A DNA stretch of 5,278 bases, from contig CAYZRF010000046.1 of NCBI GenBank assembly GCA_964480775.1, positions 1-5,278 of the forward strand, written 5' to 3'. The translations under genes were made by a program, and so were the position numbers. Positions 5,067 through 5,278 of the stretch are shown here, piece by piece. The DNA comes from an uncultured Nitrososphaerota archaeon. GTDB taxonomy: Archaea; Korarchaeota; Korarchaeia; Korarchaeales; Korarchaeaceae. Numbering within the stretch: position 1 is the stretch's first letter; each line of letters opens with the position of its first letter. The notes below the pieces were generated by a model. That model was not told the DNA's origin and ran no database searches. It saw nothing but the letters and a program-made list of their open reading frames with translations.

Positions 5067-5278
5067 CCCAGTTTCGTATCCCAGACAAGAGCCGGCTCGC
5101 AACTGCAGTCGGCTCTTTGTTGTTCTGTAAGAGCAAAAGCTCGGCGTCCGTTTTTCGTAAAGCGCCCGTACTTCATCCCTCTTGGCTTGGAGCGATACGG
5201 GCAGGAAAACTCGCTCGCGAAAAGAAAAACCAAATAGATAATGCAGCAGGGCGCTTGAAGATCTTAAAAGTTCTAGTC
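5067..5278. other. GC-rich, structured, apparently non-coding segment of unknown identity (candidate ncRNA or terminus of an inserted mobile element); runs off the window
   Basis: Hand count gives 88 G+C in 165 nt (53%) for 5067-5231, against 61/160 (38%) for the preceding nox sequence. None of the six frames gives a recognisable protein. A strong hairpin and further complementary segments are present (see the separate entries). Confidence 0.4.
5087..5117. repeat. Imperfect inverted repeat forming a 13-bp hairpin (AAGAGCCGGCTCGCAACTGCAGTCGGCTCTT)
   Basis: The outer 8 bp, AAGAGCCG / CGGCTCTT (5087-5094 with 5110-5117), are perfect. The inner part is G-T, C-G, T-A, a bulged C, G-C, C-G, closing a 4-nt loop AACT. 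On the + strand it is followed by the T-rich tract TGTTGTTCT. It starts 21 nt after the nox stop codon. Confidence 0.7.

Noticed and set aside
5087-5117. Resemblance of the hairpin (GAGCCG...CGGCTC) to group II intron domain V
   Set aside because: The loop is AACT/AGTT rather than GNRA. The bulge is a single base in the wrong geometry. No domain VI with a bulged A and no intron-like 5' GUGYG are visible, and the position relative to the junction does not fit on the + strand.
5164-5202. The 7-bp stem GCCCGTA/TACGGGC as a tRNA acceptor stem
   Set aside because: Only 25 nt separate the arms, against about 58 needed. No D, anticodon or T arms, and no T-loop GTTCRA motif.
4892-5233. Minus-strand ORFs 4892..5233 (113 aa) and 4951..5136 (61 aa) spanning the nox/GC-island junction
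   Set aside because: Both use TTG starts and run antisense through nox across a compositional break. Their sequences have no recognisable motif (for example ...CPYRSKPRGMKYGRFTKNGRRAF...). They are more likely chance open frames in GC-rich non-coding DNA.
5064-5237. Stop-codon read-through or recoding of the nox TAG (57 further in-frame codons to TAG at 5235-5237)
   Set aside because: The downstream in-frame peptide (PSFVSQTRAGSQLQSALCCSVRAKARRPFF...) bears no resemblance to the missing NAD-binding and dimerisation domains, so read-through would not restore the enzyme.
5004-5278. Minus-strand frame open from the window edge down to a stop at 5004-5006, considered as the C-terminus of a tnpB-like or other gene entering from the right
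   Set aside because: The translation (LELLRSSSALLHYLFGFSFRERVFLPVSLQAKRDEV...) shows no zinc-finger or RuvC motif or any other protein-like feature. It would also overlap nox by about 60 nt. It cannot be excluded without the flanking sequence, so I am not calling it.
1-5278. CRISPR arrays, rRNA genes, and tandem or long direct repeats
   Set aside because: No regularly spaced direct repeats and no rRNA- or tRNA-like conserved blocks were seen on either strand by eye.

Overview
The window looks archaeal. This is an inference from AGA/AGG/ATA-rich codon usage, about 40% GC, GGAGG/GGTGA ribosome-binding motifs, A/T-rich TATA-like boxes about 26 nt before start codons, and an archaeal-type VapB. 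Contents from left to right: (1) A tightly packed + strand operon: the 3' end of an ABC-importer permease (ModB/CysTW-like), two different paralogous ABC ATPase genes overlapping by 8 nt, each with a C-terminal extension of about 110-125 aa, and a DUF47/PhoU-like gene 6 nt downstream. (2) A convergent - strand vapBC toxin-antitoxin pair. (3) A 534-nt spacer with no intact ORF. It carries the divergent promoters and possibly a decayed gene (about 100 codons in one frame, one internal TAG, no start). (4) An NADH-oxidase/CoA-disulfide-reductase family gene that stops after about 197-200 codons (family length about 440 aa), exactly where composition jumps from about 38% to about 53% GC (hand counts). 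(5) The last 212 nt are GC-rich, have no convincing coding frame, and contain a 13-bp imperfect hairpin plus two interleaved stems. I cannot identify (5). The best-supported reading is that the oxidoreductase gene was interrupted or replaced by foreign DNA whose terminus is a structured element, either an IS200/IS605-type end with its guide (omega-type) RNA or another GC-rich ncRNA. The window ends before this can be resolved, so it is a hypothesis, not a call. No rRNA, tRNA or CRISPR array was seen. Coordinates beyond about 5045 are anchored on the supplied ORF track (see rejected notes) and could be off by 1 nt.
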